DNA from: Phoronis australis | Taxonomy: Eukaryota > Animalia > Phoronida | NCBI GenBank assembly: GCA_002633005.1 | Contig: NMRA01000015.1 | Location: 613,239 to 677,238 of the forward strand | Direction: 5' to 3' | Length of the DNA stretch: 64,000 bases | Shown: positions 45,452 through 58,207 of the stretch, one piece after another | Numbering within the stretch: the first letter of the stretch is position 1 | How the letters are laid out: each line of letters starts with the position of its first letter | Notes under the pieces: model-generated | What the model saw: the letters and a program-made list of their open reading frames with translations, nothing else | Databases searched by the model: none | Told to the model about the DNA's origin: nothing | Translations under genes and position numbers: made by a program

Positions 45452-48400
45452 GTAAATAATTCCTGTATTTTTGTTCATTTGACCTCAATAAGTTGTTGAA
45501 CTTAAAAGAAAAAAGTCGGGACGTGCGTGCAAACGTGGATAATGGCTGGCGTTTTATATCTGTTTCCTTTCTACATGAATTGGCAAATAATCACTTTGGG
45601 AGTGATTTGCATTATTAAATTGGTGCCCGTGAGAATAGTTATTGTATTTATTGAATAATGTCCGTGAAACCATTGTCTTGTGTCTAAATGAAATAAAAAA
45701 GTAAAATCAAAATTAGCGACAAAAACATTTCACTTGCGACAACTTTTCAGTTTTCACCTCATTTTGTGAGTGCCATAGGAGTTGTTCTGAAGATTTTCTG
45801 AAAAAGGTGACATGGTGTTTTAAGTCATATTTTTCCTGATCTTTCGACTGGTGTCGCTTAAGGCTAAGAGGTCAAGACGAAAATTTTAAAAGCAATAGAT
45901 TAAGACCACTCTCTTGGACCTTGGCTAACACTACACACAGGCGTCCTCAGCTTCTGATCGTCCCCAATAGTCAATACACTATATATACTACAAGGTATGA
46001 CACTCCGGACTAGAAATTCCACGGGTGCTTCACTTCAGCCGTCCACAACAATGATAATACTCAATGAATTTACACAAAACAGAGGTTCAACAAACCACGA
46101 AGGATTGTTCTTTCTCCCAATACCATTTACGGCGTCCTGCTCCACCGAGTTCGCCCGAAATTCACGGTCTAAGCACAAAAATCTTCCCAAAAAGCTCGTC
46201 CGAAGCAACTCCTTGGTCCCACGCGCAAGGTACGGAATTATCCGATGAGTTATGGATGAACGGCAATTGCCGAGTAATCTATGCCGTGACTTTCCGTGAT
46301 GAATCGGCAATTGTTGTACATCCGTAACTCATCGGATAATTCCATACTCTGTGCGTGGGACCAAGGAGTTGCTGCAGACGATTTTTTTGGGAAGATTTTT
46401 GTGCTTTGATTGTGAACTCGGTGGAGCGGGACACTGTAAATGGTATAGGGAGAAAGAGACAGAGCTATTACTCTTGGTTTGTGGAACCTCTGTTTTTTGT
46501 AATTTTATTGAGTTTTGTGTTTGCTATGGATGGCTGAAGTGAAGCACCCGTGGAATTTCTAGTCCGGAGTGTCATACCTTGTAGTATTATATATAGTGTA
46601 TTGGGGAGAATCAAAAGCTGAGGACACCTGTGACACTACAGTGTAGTTGGTTTACACCAACATAGGCCTAAGCATAACACACATGACATACATGACACAT
46701 TCGATAGCATGCTTCAGGATGTGACAGTACATTTGCTGAAGGTGGCACTGGTTGGTTATAGCTGATTTAGGAGGCCATGCAATCATTGAATGAATTACTC
46801 CTGCCCCTTAATGTTGGAGAATTATGACATTTAGATGGCGCTTGCTATTTGCCCTAGCTGCCATGTTCCTTTTGTCTCGAAGTCCATTGTTTAATTAGCA
46901 GTTACGATTATAGAAAATAACTCGCAAGCATTTCTTCATTGTTTATTGATGACGGCAAACTACGAATGATCGTAACCTGAAAGAACAGAGACAGGGGGTA
47001 AATACTAGGTCGCGGATAAATGAGGTGTGACTATAATATGTTAACAATGCTAGAGACGTTGCATAGCTACTATAAATGAAGGAATCGTTTCGCTAATTAA
47101 ATGAAAGCGCTCCGTGGAGCGACACTTGGCGAAATTAACAGAAAAGAAGACGATAGAGATGATGACGAATATGACGATGATGGTGGCGATGATGAACAAT
47201 TCAAGTAATAATAACATTCACAAGACGAACGTAGAGACCAGACAGCAGAAAGTATAGGTTACAGTCTTGAGCGACACTTGGCGAAATTAATTGAAAAGAC
47301 GACGGAGATGATGACGAATATGATGATGATGATGCTGCAGAACATCATAACATTCATATGACGCACTTAGACGTCATAAATCAGTAATAGAAGCTGTACA
47401 AACATGAACGCAGTAAGAGCGCTCAACAAAGGAACAACGCTATCAGAAAATCTCAAATAATTCAAAAGTAGACGTCCTAGCGAAAAATGAAAGATGTCAT
47501 CTGAAAGCCCACTCAAAACTCTATCTATAATGATAGTGTCACGCACTTCCGTAAATTTTTCGAAAAAAAGAAATTTTTGCATTTTTTTAGAAATTCAAAG
47601 TCAAATAACTCGAAAACGGAAAGTCTGAGAAAAAATTGTTACAATTCATTTGAAAGAGTATACCTTAGAGAAATCACATGCAAAAATTCACGTCATTTCC
47701 TCCTTCCGCCACATTCGTCATCTTGGATCCGATTATGACGAAAAACAATAGGCTTCCAGTACTTCCGGACCTACGTGTTATGTGAAAATTTCGTGATGAT
47801 CGGACGAAAATTGCGACCTGTATCGTGCGAACAAAAAAACACGATGGAAGAGCAACATACTTGGCGAAATTTATTTCGCCAAGTAACAATGGACTTCGAG
47901 ACAAAAGGAACATGGGGGCTAGGGCGAATAGCAAGCGCCATCTATATGTCATAATTCTCTACCCCTCAGTTTTGCACCCTAACTAACCAAATAAAGGTTA
48001 AATTGCTGTCATGAAAAATTATGCTTTTCCTTGAGTACATTAAATTAGTTCCCAGCGCTATAAATTGGCAAATCTATGGTCATTCTGCAGCTAAAGTTGT
48101 AGAGCGCTCTTACTGATCGGCTTTCAGCGCCATATAATAGAGCATCGCGTATTGGTCATTTTCAATCAACTGTTCACCCTTCCCCGAGGTTGTGTACCTG
48201 TCACAACAAATTATCGGAACTGATTTCTCTTATAAATTTTTAGTCCGTTAATACCAGCGGACCAAATTACAGAGCACGTTTTACATTGGCAAAGCTCTCG
48301 TCTCTTGAAAAGATGTTGCAAAAATGGCGCGTTTCTCTCTAGTGTACTGGAGCATTATGCAACAAAATGTCATTTATTAGATTGTTTTTCACTTAAAAAA

Positions 48401-51400
48401 TTACTAAACTCTATTTTGATGATTTCCACCAATCCTCGTTCTGTCACCTAACTTACTTACTTTAAACTCTTGATGGAACTGTGCTCAACCGTCATCTTCA
48501 GTTGGTCTCCTATTGTCCTTAATGGTTTCGTCCCTAAACCAAGACCATCTCTAGTAGGCGGGACAACAGAGTTGATCAGGCTCTGCCTGACAGTTGTTGA
48601 TGGTATTGCTGTTGGTGCTTCATCCAAATCCAACAAAATGCCTGTTCAGCTTCGGTGGCCACATCGCGTAGAAGAGCCTTCTTTCCTGTCGCAGAGACGC
48701 CTAGAGACCTCGCCGTAGCAGTGACCGAACTGGCCGGAAAACCATGGTAGCCAACCTCCACAGAAAAACTCCAACACCTCTAGCTGTTAACGTGGCAGTC
48801 ACTCTTCAGATCTGTATGCTTGAGGTTCTCATGTGCCTCTTCTACCCTACTCTCCCACGAAATGGTGAGATCGATCAGGATGATCTGGTGGGAACTCTCC
48901 GAATAAAGACCCAAGTCAGGGCACTGGGTAGTCTGGACAATGTGCTGTGGGAAGGATGACTGGTGACCGGCAAGATCAACCCATATTTTCCAGTCGTCGG
49001 CTGTGTGAAGGATGCCTTTTTGGACTTACTTGCCTCATCACCACTTTTCTGAAACTGATGAATTCGATCCGGTGGCTTCTCGACTTTGGTTTACTCTTGA
49101 CTTCATCGACCAACACCTTTGCGAAAACTTTCAGTACCTAGTTGTGTTGGTAGGTGTACTTTCCTGATCCCAGTGACGCACTGCAAGATGACAGAATGTG
49201 TTCTAAAGAACATCAGTGTCCACACTGAATACAGCTCGGGTTGTCAGTAAGACCCCAAATGTGACCCACCACCACAAAATGAGTCTTAAGTTGGGATTTG
49301 TCATTTTTTTAATTGTTATTTTTTCTGAACATACAGTGTTTTCTGATCATTTTGAGGTATGAAACATGTCCTTATCTTCACAAATGACCGAGTTATTGCC
49401 AATTCTAGTCGGGGAAATCGAAAATTTAGAGCTTTCAAAAGTCAAGGAAAATGGCCGACAAAAAGTGCTGATAGTGTCTTTAAAATTTCCATAGCAACCT
49501 GCAGTTGAATGCTACATTTCAGACTTATTAGTATACACAACAAAATAAACAAATAAAACTAAGGGCTGTTCCAGCAAAATCTGTATGGGAGGGGGGGAAG
49601 GCACTTTTATTTCGTACCCACCACCCCTATTTTTCATTTATTTCTCCAACCCATGACCCATAATTTTTTAATTATTTTTAATAGGTTAAAATATAAAATC
49701 CAACACTTGCAAACAAATTGCCTCCAGGATGACCTGTTAAGATCTTAGATGATTGACAGACAAGAACTAGTTGTCTTGTCCAATATTGTCAAAAACTAAA
49801 GTAGCCTGTGAGCAATACTTTTGGCAGCCACCAGGTGTCTCTGTTCACCATGTGTCTATAATTTCAATGAACATTTTTTTAATTATAAGGATCTATGAAT
49901 CTCAAACTGTCTCCACGAACTCTTTTATACTTCTATGTCAAGTGAATATTGGAACTTGTTTATCTTACTCCTCATACTTTTTATTTAAAAATCATCAGTT
50001 TTCTTATATGTGTTAACACCAGTTTAATGTTGCAAAACTTTTCAATTCAATAGGACTGCAGACAAACAGTTGGCTCAAATCAAGTTGCCCATGACTTGAG
50101 TAATGGCTTAGTGAACATATTGCACTCTGTTCACTGGCAATATGGGCTTTTTTGAATTGGGATAAGTTAGGATATATGCCAATTGCATTTTTTTTGAGTT
50201 TTGATGGCTGAAGTAACCAACCTGTCAACATTAACAGGTCAAAAAATACCACCCATTTTTAATGCATTACTTCTTACAGGAACGATCACCACCCATGAAT
50301 TTTTATTTCTACTGCCGTCCCCCCCCTCCCACACGGATTTTACTGGAACAGCCCTAATCAAAAATTAGAAAGAATATAGACCTTATTATGTAATCTCAGC
50401 CAAAAAGAAGTGATATTCATGTTGGGTTGCTGCAACTCGGTCAATAAATTTCCCAGCTAATGTATACAGGGTCAGTCCACTTGTGGTAGGAGGGGTTACC
50501 CCAAGTAAAACAAGTAGTTAAAGTGTATCGAGTTGGAAGGAATTAAACACACCGACAACCTCCTCAGGTGTTCCTCTATGCACAAAAGGTATAACAAAGT
50601 GAGTTTGATGGTTTAGTCGGTGCGAGGCATAATTCGCCGAAAAGCTTCCGGCGTACAGAGCGCCTATAGCCTCTGCATCGCCTCTGGTTCGAGCCAACAG
50701 AGGCGATGGTCATTGCCTACCTCACTGTGAGCCTTCAGAGGCTTCCTAGTATTCATTACAATGTGTGAGTCCAAACTTGAAAGGTTCCTATTGACAGTGG
50801 GCGTCCAAATGATACATTGGGTGTCCTTGCCAGGGCTCCAGATTAGGGCGTCCATTTGGACCTACGCTGCATAAAGGCCTGACTGCAAGTCTTCAACTCT
50901 CAGTCTTTTTATCCCTTGTGCTTTAATCCAGAGAGCTTTCAGTTTTGTGCCTTGAGGACTGGGCTTATGAAGTGACCCATATTTGTCACAGTTGACCCAC
51001 ATTTGTTGCAATTGGGAGCTTAAGATTTATTAAAAAATAACATTTGCTGACCTCAATTGAGGAATGATAGATATTTTAAATTTTATATGGAGGAAAACAT
51101 TTGCTACACAATCGATACAATTTGAATCTAAATTGGTAAAATCAACTGGAAGTTTTGTTATTCACCTGTCGAGTTGAATGTACTTGATTTATTCAACAAA
51201 AATCCTAAGGATGTCTATTGTTGGTAGACTGTTGATTGTGTCAGTGAGTACCTTGTCTACTATTTCCAGTTATGTGTGTTTTGTTTTAGCCACGAAGGTG
51301 ACAGGGACTGTAAAATGGTTCAACGTCAAGAATGGATATGGATTTATTAATAGGTAACTATACAAAATCATCTTGCTTGATGTAAATGTTGTTAAGAAGG

Positions 51401-54400
51401 AAGAGGTACATTCTAATAATCCCAGAACTGAATGAAAAGCGACTAAGATATGGTTGAGTAATAAATATGCTTACACTGTGCTGTCAGCTCTGTCTGGACT
51501 GCTCAGGCTGCTGGTCATCTGGACCTGATTGCGTGAATGCTAGATAGCAACAATGACATTGCATTAGCACATGTCACATTGATATTGTGGAACTATGGTT
51601 TTGACACTGGGCATCAATCTAACTTATCAAGTGGACAAGTTGTGAAGTTTTGTGCAATCACCTCTGGTATCCATCTCTATTATCTGTCAACTTGGTGTGA
51701 AAGAAAATGGGCAAAGTGTTCCCTATCAAGAAAAATAGATTGTGGTAAGTCTTCACCTGTGCAACACCCAGTATGGTGGACATGTCAAATTTATTGTGAA
51801 ATTAAAGTGAAGATAAATAATATTTTAAAATGTTATTAGCTTGGTTTGTGTGAATGTAGACGTCATAATGCAACATTTGGTACTGTTTACATTATTTAAA
51901 GCATGGTAACTAATGCTTTGAACAATAGAAAAGTGACAGGTTTTTTAATTGTGTACGAAGTGACAGGTTCCCCAATGTGATAGGTCCAATGAGGTTAAAA
52001 TAGTCGCACAGTTATGTCCTGTTCATATGATGGTTGAAAAGTTAACAGCTTTGCTGGTGTTTTGGATGGAGCAGTGCAATTTATGTGAGTGGCTAACATT
52101 TTTTTTTGCTAGTCAAATGGCGTAATCACAAATGTTTGTTTTTTTGCAGAGACGATACCAAGGAAGATGTGTTTGTTCATCAGGTAAGCCAACATACACC
52201 ACTTTCAACGTCTGAATTGGTTTAGTGGAGATTTGAGCTCTAGGACGTCAATGAGAGCATTTGTGGTTAGGGAAGTGTACCTTGTTGGATAAGCTGTTAA
52301 GACGCTTTAGTAGATATGTGCCCACCTTCATCTCACAGTTCAGATCACCTGTCATTGTGAAAGTGGACTCAAGTTGTTGCTTGATTAAATTCAAGGTGAC
52401 TTGAGGGCTGGCTTCAGTGACTTAAGGAATGGCTTCAGTGACTTAAGGAATGGCTTCAGTGACTTGAGGACCGGCTTCAGTGACTTGAGGGCCGGCTTCA
52501 TTGACTTGAGGACCGGCTTCAGTGACTTGAGGGCCGGCTTCAGTGACTTGAGGGCCGGCTTCAGTGACTTGAGGGCCGGCTTTAGTGACTTGAGGGCTGG
52601 CTTCAGTGACTTGAGGGCTGGCTTCAGTGACTTGAGGGATGGCTTCAAAAGTCAAGGAACTATCTCCGAAACGCCTTGACGTATGTTCATGAAATTTTGT
52701 ACATGTGTTCCTTCCGTGGATGGGACGGCATGAGCAAAGTTTCGGACGGATCGGACTACCGGTGTGCCCCCTAGTGGAAATTTTATTTTTTTACACATCT
52801 GTATCTTCAAGAGTCCTGAATGGGAGGTGGGGGGGGGNGGAGGGGGAGAGAGAGAGAGAGAAACACTTTTATTTACATTAAATTATGATAATACAATGAT
52901 TAAAAAAAATTCGATTTCAATTAGGAGGCCTTCTAAAGGTTATTGACCGCTAATAAGAAGGTCCCCTGTACAAAATAAATGGAAATGCAAAAATCAGTAG
53001 GAATAGGTGAGGAAGTCATATACATGTATATAACATACTTAAGAAAACAAAGTAAATTGGCGCTGAAAATGACCGACACACCAGGAACCAAGAAGTGGAC
53101 TGGCACAGCTCGGGAGATTTTGGGAGTACTGTTACATATGAAGCAATTGGAAATGTTACAAACTGGATCGTATTTGCTAATAATAAAATTAGTTAATAAC
53201 CTGGAGAATGCTTGCAAAGAATGTGTTTGTATTATATTTAGAGCAGACTGGTATTTCGTTGTTGTTTAGTAGTCGAGGAATTTCAAATTTAATACAATGC
53301 TCTTGATGACAATTTGTTGGACTGAGGAATTAAAAATTTTGGGTTGTATTTTCGGAATAGCAGCTGAGTATTGATTCAGGTATGTAGGAGCATGATATTA
53401 TTTAAACAAAACTTCATTACAGTATTCATATTCACTAGACTGACACAGTCGGGCATTCAAAAGAAACATCACTTTATTTATGTTGGTGTTGTTGCCTAAA
53501 GCTGGCATTAAATAGAAAGAACGTAGTTGTGACAGCATCATTTTGGGTAGTAAAGGTCATTTAAGTGAAGTGTTAAGCTAGCACCATGCCTGGATTCTTC
53601 ACTTACCAACAGTTGTTAGTATAGGACAGAAATAGAGTTGAGCACCCAACGGGCACGCAAAGGGAGGTAGCTGTGGTTGTGGGTGTGGTTTTCACCCCTC
53701 CATTGGGTGGTTTGGGGCATATACCTAAAATTTTTGAAATTAACTCTGCACTTTATTTTGCTAATTTCAATGTTATAAAGTGTAAGGGAGAGTGGGATTT
53801 ACACAGTACACAGCATGGCATTAAATCTGTAAGCATTTGGTGGCCATTCAAGAGGGGTGGACAAGAGGATAGGGTAATTCAGCTAGGGCCTAACCCCAAA
53901 GTCAGCTGGTGAAGTAAAAAGAGGATGTGGCACCCTGTCAAAACACCCCACGGAGGCACCTGCTCGCACATGTTACAGCGTGTATTAACTGATGAGAAAT
54001 GGGCAAGTTCTCACTTACTTTCATGTGTACGGAATATCCTGTTGAAGCTCTGCTCAAATTGTGTGTAACTGCTAATAGCTATACATTCTAAATTGTCACC
54101 TTTCAGACCGCCATTATTAAGAACAACCCCAAGAAACACTTGAGGAGTGTTGGCGATGGTGAACAAGTAGAGTTCGATGTGGTTGAAGGTGCAAAGGTGG
54201 GTTTGTGGGTGTGTTGTGTAAAGCCATGGCCTTAATTTAAGGGTGAATTTATCTTTGGACCGTTGCTGAAAATGCATTATTTTGCCATGGCCTAACTTTG
54301 CACCATGTACTTAATTGTTTTCTTTTGTTTCATTATTTGTTGAATTATATTTTTCATTTCATGAGTGGTCGTTGTCAATCAACATTTTATTAATTATGGC

Positions 54401-57400
54401 AGGTGCTATCATTGTGGTCATGACTAATTGGCAGAAATTACAAGATAAGTAACGACTTGCTTTCTATCCAAAAAAGTGTTTGAGTTTGACATCATGCATT
54501 TTTAAATGTTGCCAGAAAACACTATGTTTTGCTTATGTGTTCATTGGCTTTGTGGATCTGTTTTGTGAAAAGTGACTTTAAGACAGAAAGTTGGCCTGAT
54601 GCTCCCTTGATGCAGAATTGCCATAATTCTCACGCTCCTGTTTCCAGGGTAACGAAGCATCCAACGTGACTGGACCCGATGGTGAGCACGTACAGGGTAG
54701 TAAGTACGCGGCTGACCGCCGACCTTACAGGCGTGGTTACTACAACCGCAGACGAAGACCTCGCAAGGTGAGCCAGCTCTGTTATTATGCGCCCACATAT
54801 TTAAATGTGGTCGCATATTGCCGTCATCTCTGTCTGGGCGTCCGGCTTCCGCAGCTGTATCTCCTAAACCCCTTGCAGAATTGTATTGAAATTTGGCAAG
54901 TGTGTTCCTATGGGGTTGACGACAGAGGGCGATGAGTTTCGGACCGACCTGAATACCACTTTGCTCCCTAGTAGCAATTTTAATTTTTTGCGTCTGCCTC
55001 TGCATTTTCAAAGGTCCTCAACCGATTTTCGTGAAATTTAGTACATAGGCATCTATTGTTGAGTTGAGGCTATCCTCTTGTTTTCGAATGGATTTGAGGC
55101 ATTTTGCGCCATCTAGTGGCCATTTTTTACTGTTTTCAAGTTATTTTTTGGCGTCCGCCCCTCTAACAACCAAACCACTTTAAGGATGATTGTGAAAATT
55201 GGCATGTATGTTCTTACTATGAGGAAGACCGCTGACGATGATTTTTCGATGACTTCGACTACTGTGGCGCCTCCTAGTGGCAGTTTTGTTTGTTTTTGCG
55301 CCCATGGCTGTATCTCCTAAACGTTCTACAGGATTTTTATTAAATTTAGCAAATACATTTATATGAAGGCGACAACGGACGACGACTTTGGGACAAATCG
55401 GTGCACTGGTGTGCCCCCTAGGTGCAGTTTTAGTTTTTACTTTTACCTCTGTATCTTCAAAGGTCCTCAACGGAATTCCATAAAATTTGGCACATAGACA
55501 TCTATTAGTGAGATGACACTATCCGCCTGTTTTCGGATGGACTGTAGTTTGAGCCACCTGGTGGCCATTTTTGTTGTTTTCAAGTATGTTTTTGGTGTCC
55601 GTCCCTCTGTCAACCAAACCACTCTAAGGATGATTGTGAAAGTTGGCATGTATGTTCTTTCTATGAAAGGGATGGTTGACGATGATTTTCCGATAACTTC
55701 GAGTACTGTTGTGCCACCTAGTGGCGGTTTTGTTTTTTTGCACCCATGCCTGTATCTCCTAAGCCCTCTGCAGGATCTTTATTAAATTTAGCACTTGTAT
55801 TTATATGAGGTTAACAAGAGAAGGCGACAACTTTGAGACGGAACCGACGAACACTGTGCCCCCCTAGTATCAATTTCATTTTTTTCGTTTTCCTCTGTTT
55901 CTCTGAAGGCAAAATCTGATTTTTTTCTGTGGAAATGTGGAGGGAACAAGAGAAAGAAGCGGAAATCCATGTTTCCGAGGAAAATTCCAAGCCTTGACAC
56001 TGAAAGCTTTCACATATTGCTTTTGTTTATATTTGAAAATAAAATTTCCGATTCAACATTATACTACATAAATTTTTCTTCGTAGAATTTCTTGTGGAAC
56101 ATGTAGGAACAGTTTGGTTTGTGTGTATCAATCCACGTGTCTTTTCTCCACTCACTGCTGTTGCCACGTGTTCATCTTCCAATCCTATTAGCTTCCTTAG
56201 TTTGGAGTGTGTTGTTTCATCACAGGACATGGATAAGGATGGCGAGGATACTGGCGAGGGTGAGGGTGAGGATGGGCCGGATGGGAAAGATCAGTCCCGC
56301 CGCCGGCCATACCGTCGCAGGTACTGGCGTCGCCGACCCCGTGGCCCACCTAAGGGCGATCAAGATGGTGAGGGTGGCAGTGCTGGAGAGGTAAGCTAAC
56401 ACGAATCGGAATGAAAATATTCGTCTCGTAATGGAAGTTTTTGGCCTGGAATCGTGTACCGTTGCATCCTCTCTCTGCAGTAATTATATACTTGTGCTTG
56501 CTGCCAGATTATTACAACCCTAAATGTTGCTCAATGTATGAACTGTCATCTGACCAATACAGTACAAGACAACCCTCTCGTGGTGACTGGCAACAACAAT
56601 GACTGGTAATAACTCTCATTGTTGCTAAATTCTAAAGTTACAAATGGCTTAGTCACCTAACTAATTTACCTGCAAGTTTTTTTTTCTTGGTCATGAGGGG
56701 GATCTGCTGTACTTGACCATGAATTTGGCTTCTGCGTAGCTACCGTGACGGCAATTTTTTTGTCTAAATACTAATGGAGTGTACTGTATTTGTCCTAATA
56801 TGCATTGTTTGATTGGCCGTTGTCATTGATCAGGACAACTCCGAGAAGGAGGGTGGTGACCAGAAGCCAGGTCCTCGTCGCCGTCAGTTCCGTCGGTATC
56901 GCCGGGGCCCTCGTAACCAGGATCGGGGTGAGAATCAAGAGAATGAGGACCAGAGCAATGAGGACGGTGATGGTCAACGTCCCCGCCGCCGGTTTCGTCG
57001 TCGTCGTGGCCCTTACCGTGGTGGCTTCAAGAACGTCAGCAGTGGAGATGAGGTGGGTTGAGTTTTCAAAAATGGGTCCTTACCGGCTTTGTGTGGGGTT
57101 TTCAGTAAAACATAAAATTCAGATCAACCAGATTGAGAGCGTTTTTTTCGAATAAAGCAAAATCCTGTTTATGAAGTGCGGAATGCTTGAACTAGAACAT
57201 GCATATCCTGGTTGAGTGAAGATCTGACTCATGCCATTGGGCTTATGTGAGTTTTAGTGCAGTTGTAAAATAATTGATGGTAAAAAATAACACTCGTCAA
57301 GTCATACAAGCATAGAAATTCGAGTATAAAACCGTTTAGAATTTTGTTGTTAAGTCGTGCTTCCGTACCTGTTATTCTTTGCGAGCCACAACGTTTACCC

Positions 57401-57829
57401 AACATTAGAATTTCAGTTTCGCGTCACATACATATGATAGCGTTTTTTATTTATACCTCAGTGCTAAATGTAATTTCACATAGAAATGGCTGCATTGAGA
57501 TTATGAGGATGATCCCTTATCACACGAACACTCACATGCTGATGAACTATTCATGTGTCAAAATGTGGAACCTTTATGTATTAGAACATGTGGAGAATGC
57601 CAAGTCACCCACTGTCATGTTTATGCATTAGCACATGTGGAGAATGCCAAGTCACCCACTATCATGTTTATGTAGAAGTAGGGAGGAAGTGACCTTTAAA
57701 TGAGTCAACTACGTCATGTAATCAACTTAAAATAAAGTTGGATCTTTTTCAATGTAGGGCAAAGTGAACGGAGAAGCTGATTCAGCCCCTGTAGAGAACT
57801 CGAGTGAGCAGACACAGACATCTGTGTAG
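45391..57829 (+). CDS. YBX1: Y-box binding protein (cold-shock domain + alternating basic/acidic C-terminal islands), 8 coding exons, 274 aa
   Basis: Spliced product MSDSEK...[90 protein letters not shown] is a clear Y-box CSD with RNP1/RNP2; all introns GT-AG; 825 nt including stop. Symbol denotes the family, not one-to-one orthology. Confidence 0.96.
45936..46632. mobile_element. Fold-back (almost fully palindromic) DNA element in Y-box intron 1
   Basis: CACAGG...CCTGTG termini, arms complementary over about 330 bp, 8-bp TSD ACACTACA. Confidence 0.9.
46817..47959. mobile_element. TIR element (GAGAATTATGACAT...ATGTCATAATTCTC, ~70-bp TIRs) with a nested hairpin-ended repeat
   Basis: 46817-46890 is the reverse complement of 47886-47959; internal duplicated GAT-rich units and hairpin ACTTGGCGAAAT..ATTTCGCCAAGT. 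Confidence 0.65.
48576..49250 (-). mobile_element. HERO-like (RLE-type) non-LTR retrotransposon 3' fragment
   Basis: Decayed CxxC..LEHILSSC...GKYTYQHN zinc knuckle, [24 protein letters not shown] endonuclease core, VEVGYHGF...AEQAFCWIW terminus; in-frame stops. Confidence 0.82.
49563..50354. mobile_element. PIF/Harbinger-type MITE
   Basis: TAA|GGGCTGTTCCAG...CTGGAACAGCCC|TAA; related inverted copy at about 63247-63815. Confidence 0.8.
51290..51353 (+). CDS. YBX1: Y-box exon 2 ([22 protein letters not shown])
   Basis: 64 nt, RNP1 motif, ag|...|gtaact. Confidence 0.97.
52150..52183 (+). CDS. YBX1: Y-box exon 3 ([11 protein letters not shown])
   Basis: 34 nt, RNP2 motif, tgcag|...|gtaagc. Confidence 0.97.
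52396..52647. repeat. 21-bp minisatellite x12 in Y-box intron 3
   Basis: Unit gtgacttgagggccggcttca. Confidence 0.95.
54107..54196 (+). CDS. YBX1: Y-box exon 4 ([30 protein letters not shown])
   Basis: 90 nt, tttcag|...|gtgggt. Confidence 0.97.
54648..54767 (+). CDS. YBX1: Y-box exon 5 ([40 protein letters not shown])
   Basis: 120 nt, ttccag|...|gtgagc. Confidence 0.96.
54782..56027 (+). mobile_element. Helentron-associated/DINE-1-like element in Y-box intron 5
   Basis: Same head and subrepeats as 33556-34891; further fragments at about 52660-52818, 58241-58560, 59025-60160, 63870-64000. Confidence 0.72.
56226..56390 (+). CDS. YBX1: Y-box exon 6 (acidic/Arg-rich islands)
   Basis: 165 nt, cacag|...|gtaagc, phase 0. 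Confidence 0.93.
56834..57052 (+). CDS. YBX1: Y-box exon 7 (acidic/Arg-rich islands)
   Basis: 219 nt, atcag|...|gtgggt, phase 0. Confidence 0.92.
57758..57829 (+). CDS. YBX1: Y-box exon 8 coding part ([23 protein letters not shown])
   Basis: ttttcaatgtag acceptor, phase 0, TAG stop; AATAAA downstream at 58202. Confidence 0.85.
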   Translation, partial: GKVNGEADSAPVENSSEQTQTSV

Positions 57830-58201
57830 CTGTCCATCTGTACTTGAGAAGTGGGACGAAAATTTAGAAGCAGTCGTCCTCCAGTGGACTCACTACTTTT
57901 GTTTGCATTTCTAGTATTTGTTGAGGTCCGCCCTGCTGTGGCCAGATTATGCGTTCTTACTGCCCTCTGTTGACCGTGTTAGTTTCTGTTGCAGTACTTG
58001 TTGGCCAGCATGCTAGAGTGGATCTCCTTCAACTCAGTTTTAACATCTGTTGCGATTAAACATCTTTTCAAAGTTAATTGTAGAGCTTAAATCCATTTTT
58101 CCATCCTTTGACTTGAAAAAAGTTGAAAAAGCAATTTAACTTTAATTTGAAAGTTTTTGAATTTTATTCCCTTGCGTGAAACATCCTGGGAAAGTGCACT
58201 G

Positions 58202-58207
58202 AATAAA
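58202..58207 (+). terminator. Likely poly(A) signal of the Y-box gene
   Basis: AATAAA about 370 nt after the stop, followed by a GT/T-rich tract (tttgtttgtttt). Confidence 0.6.

Noticed and set aside
47100-47360. Asp-rich coding-like stretch
   Set aside because: Duplicated GAT microsatellite units within a repeat element, with stops.
52391-52679. Heptad-repeat ORFs (KSLKPAL / SDLRAGF)
   Set aside because: A 21-bp intronic minisatellite gives open frames automatically; no splice support, and Y-box exon 3 joins exon 4 directly in the CSD.
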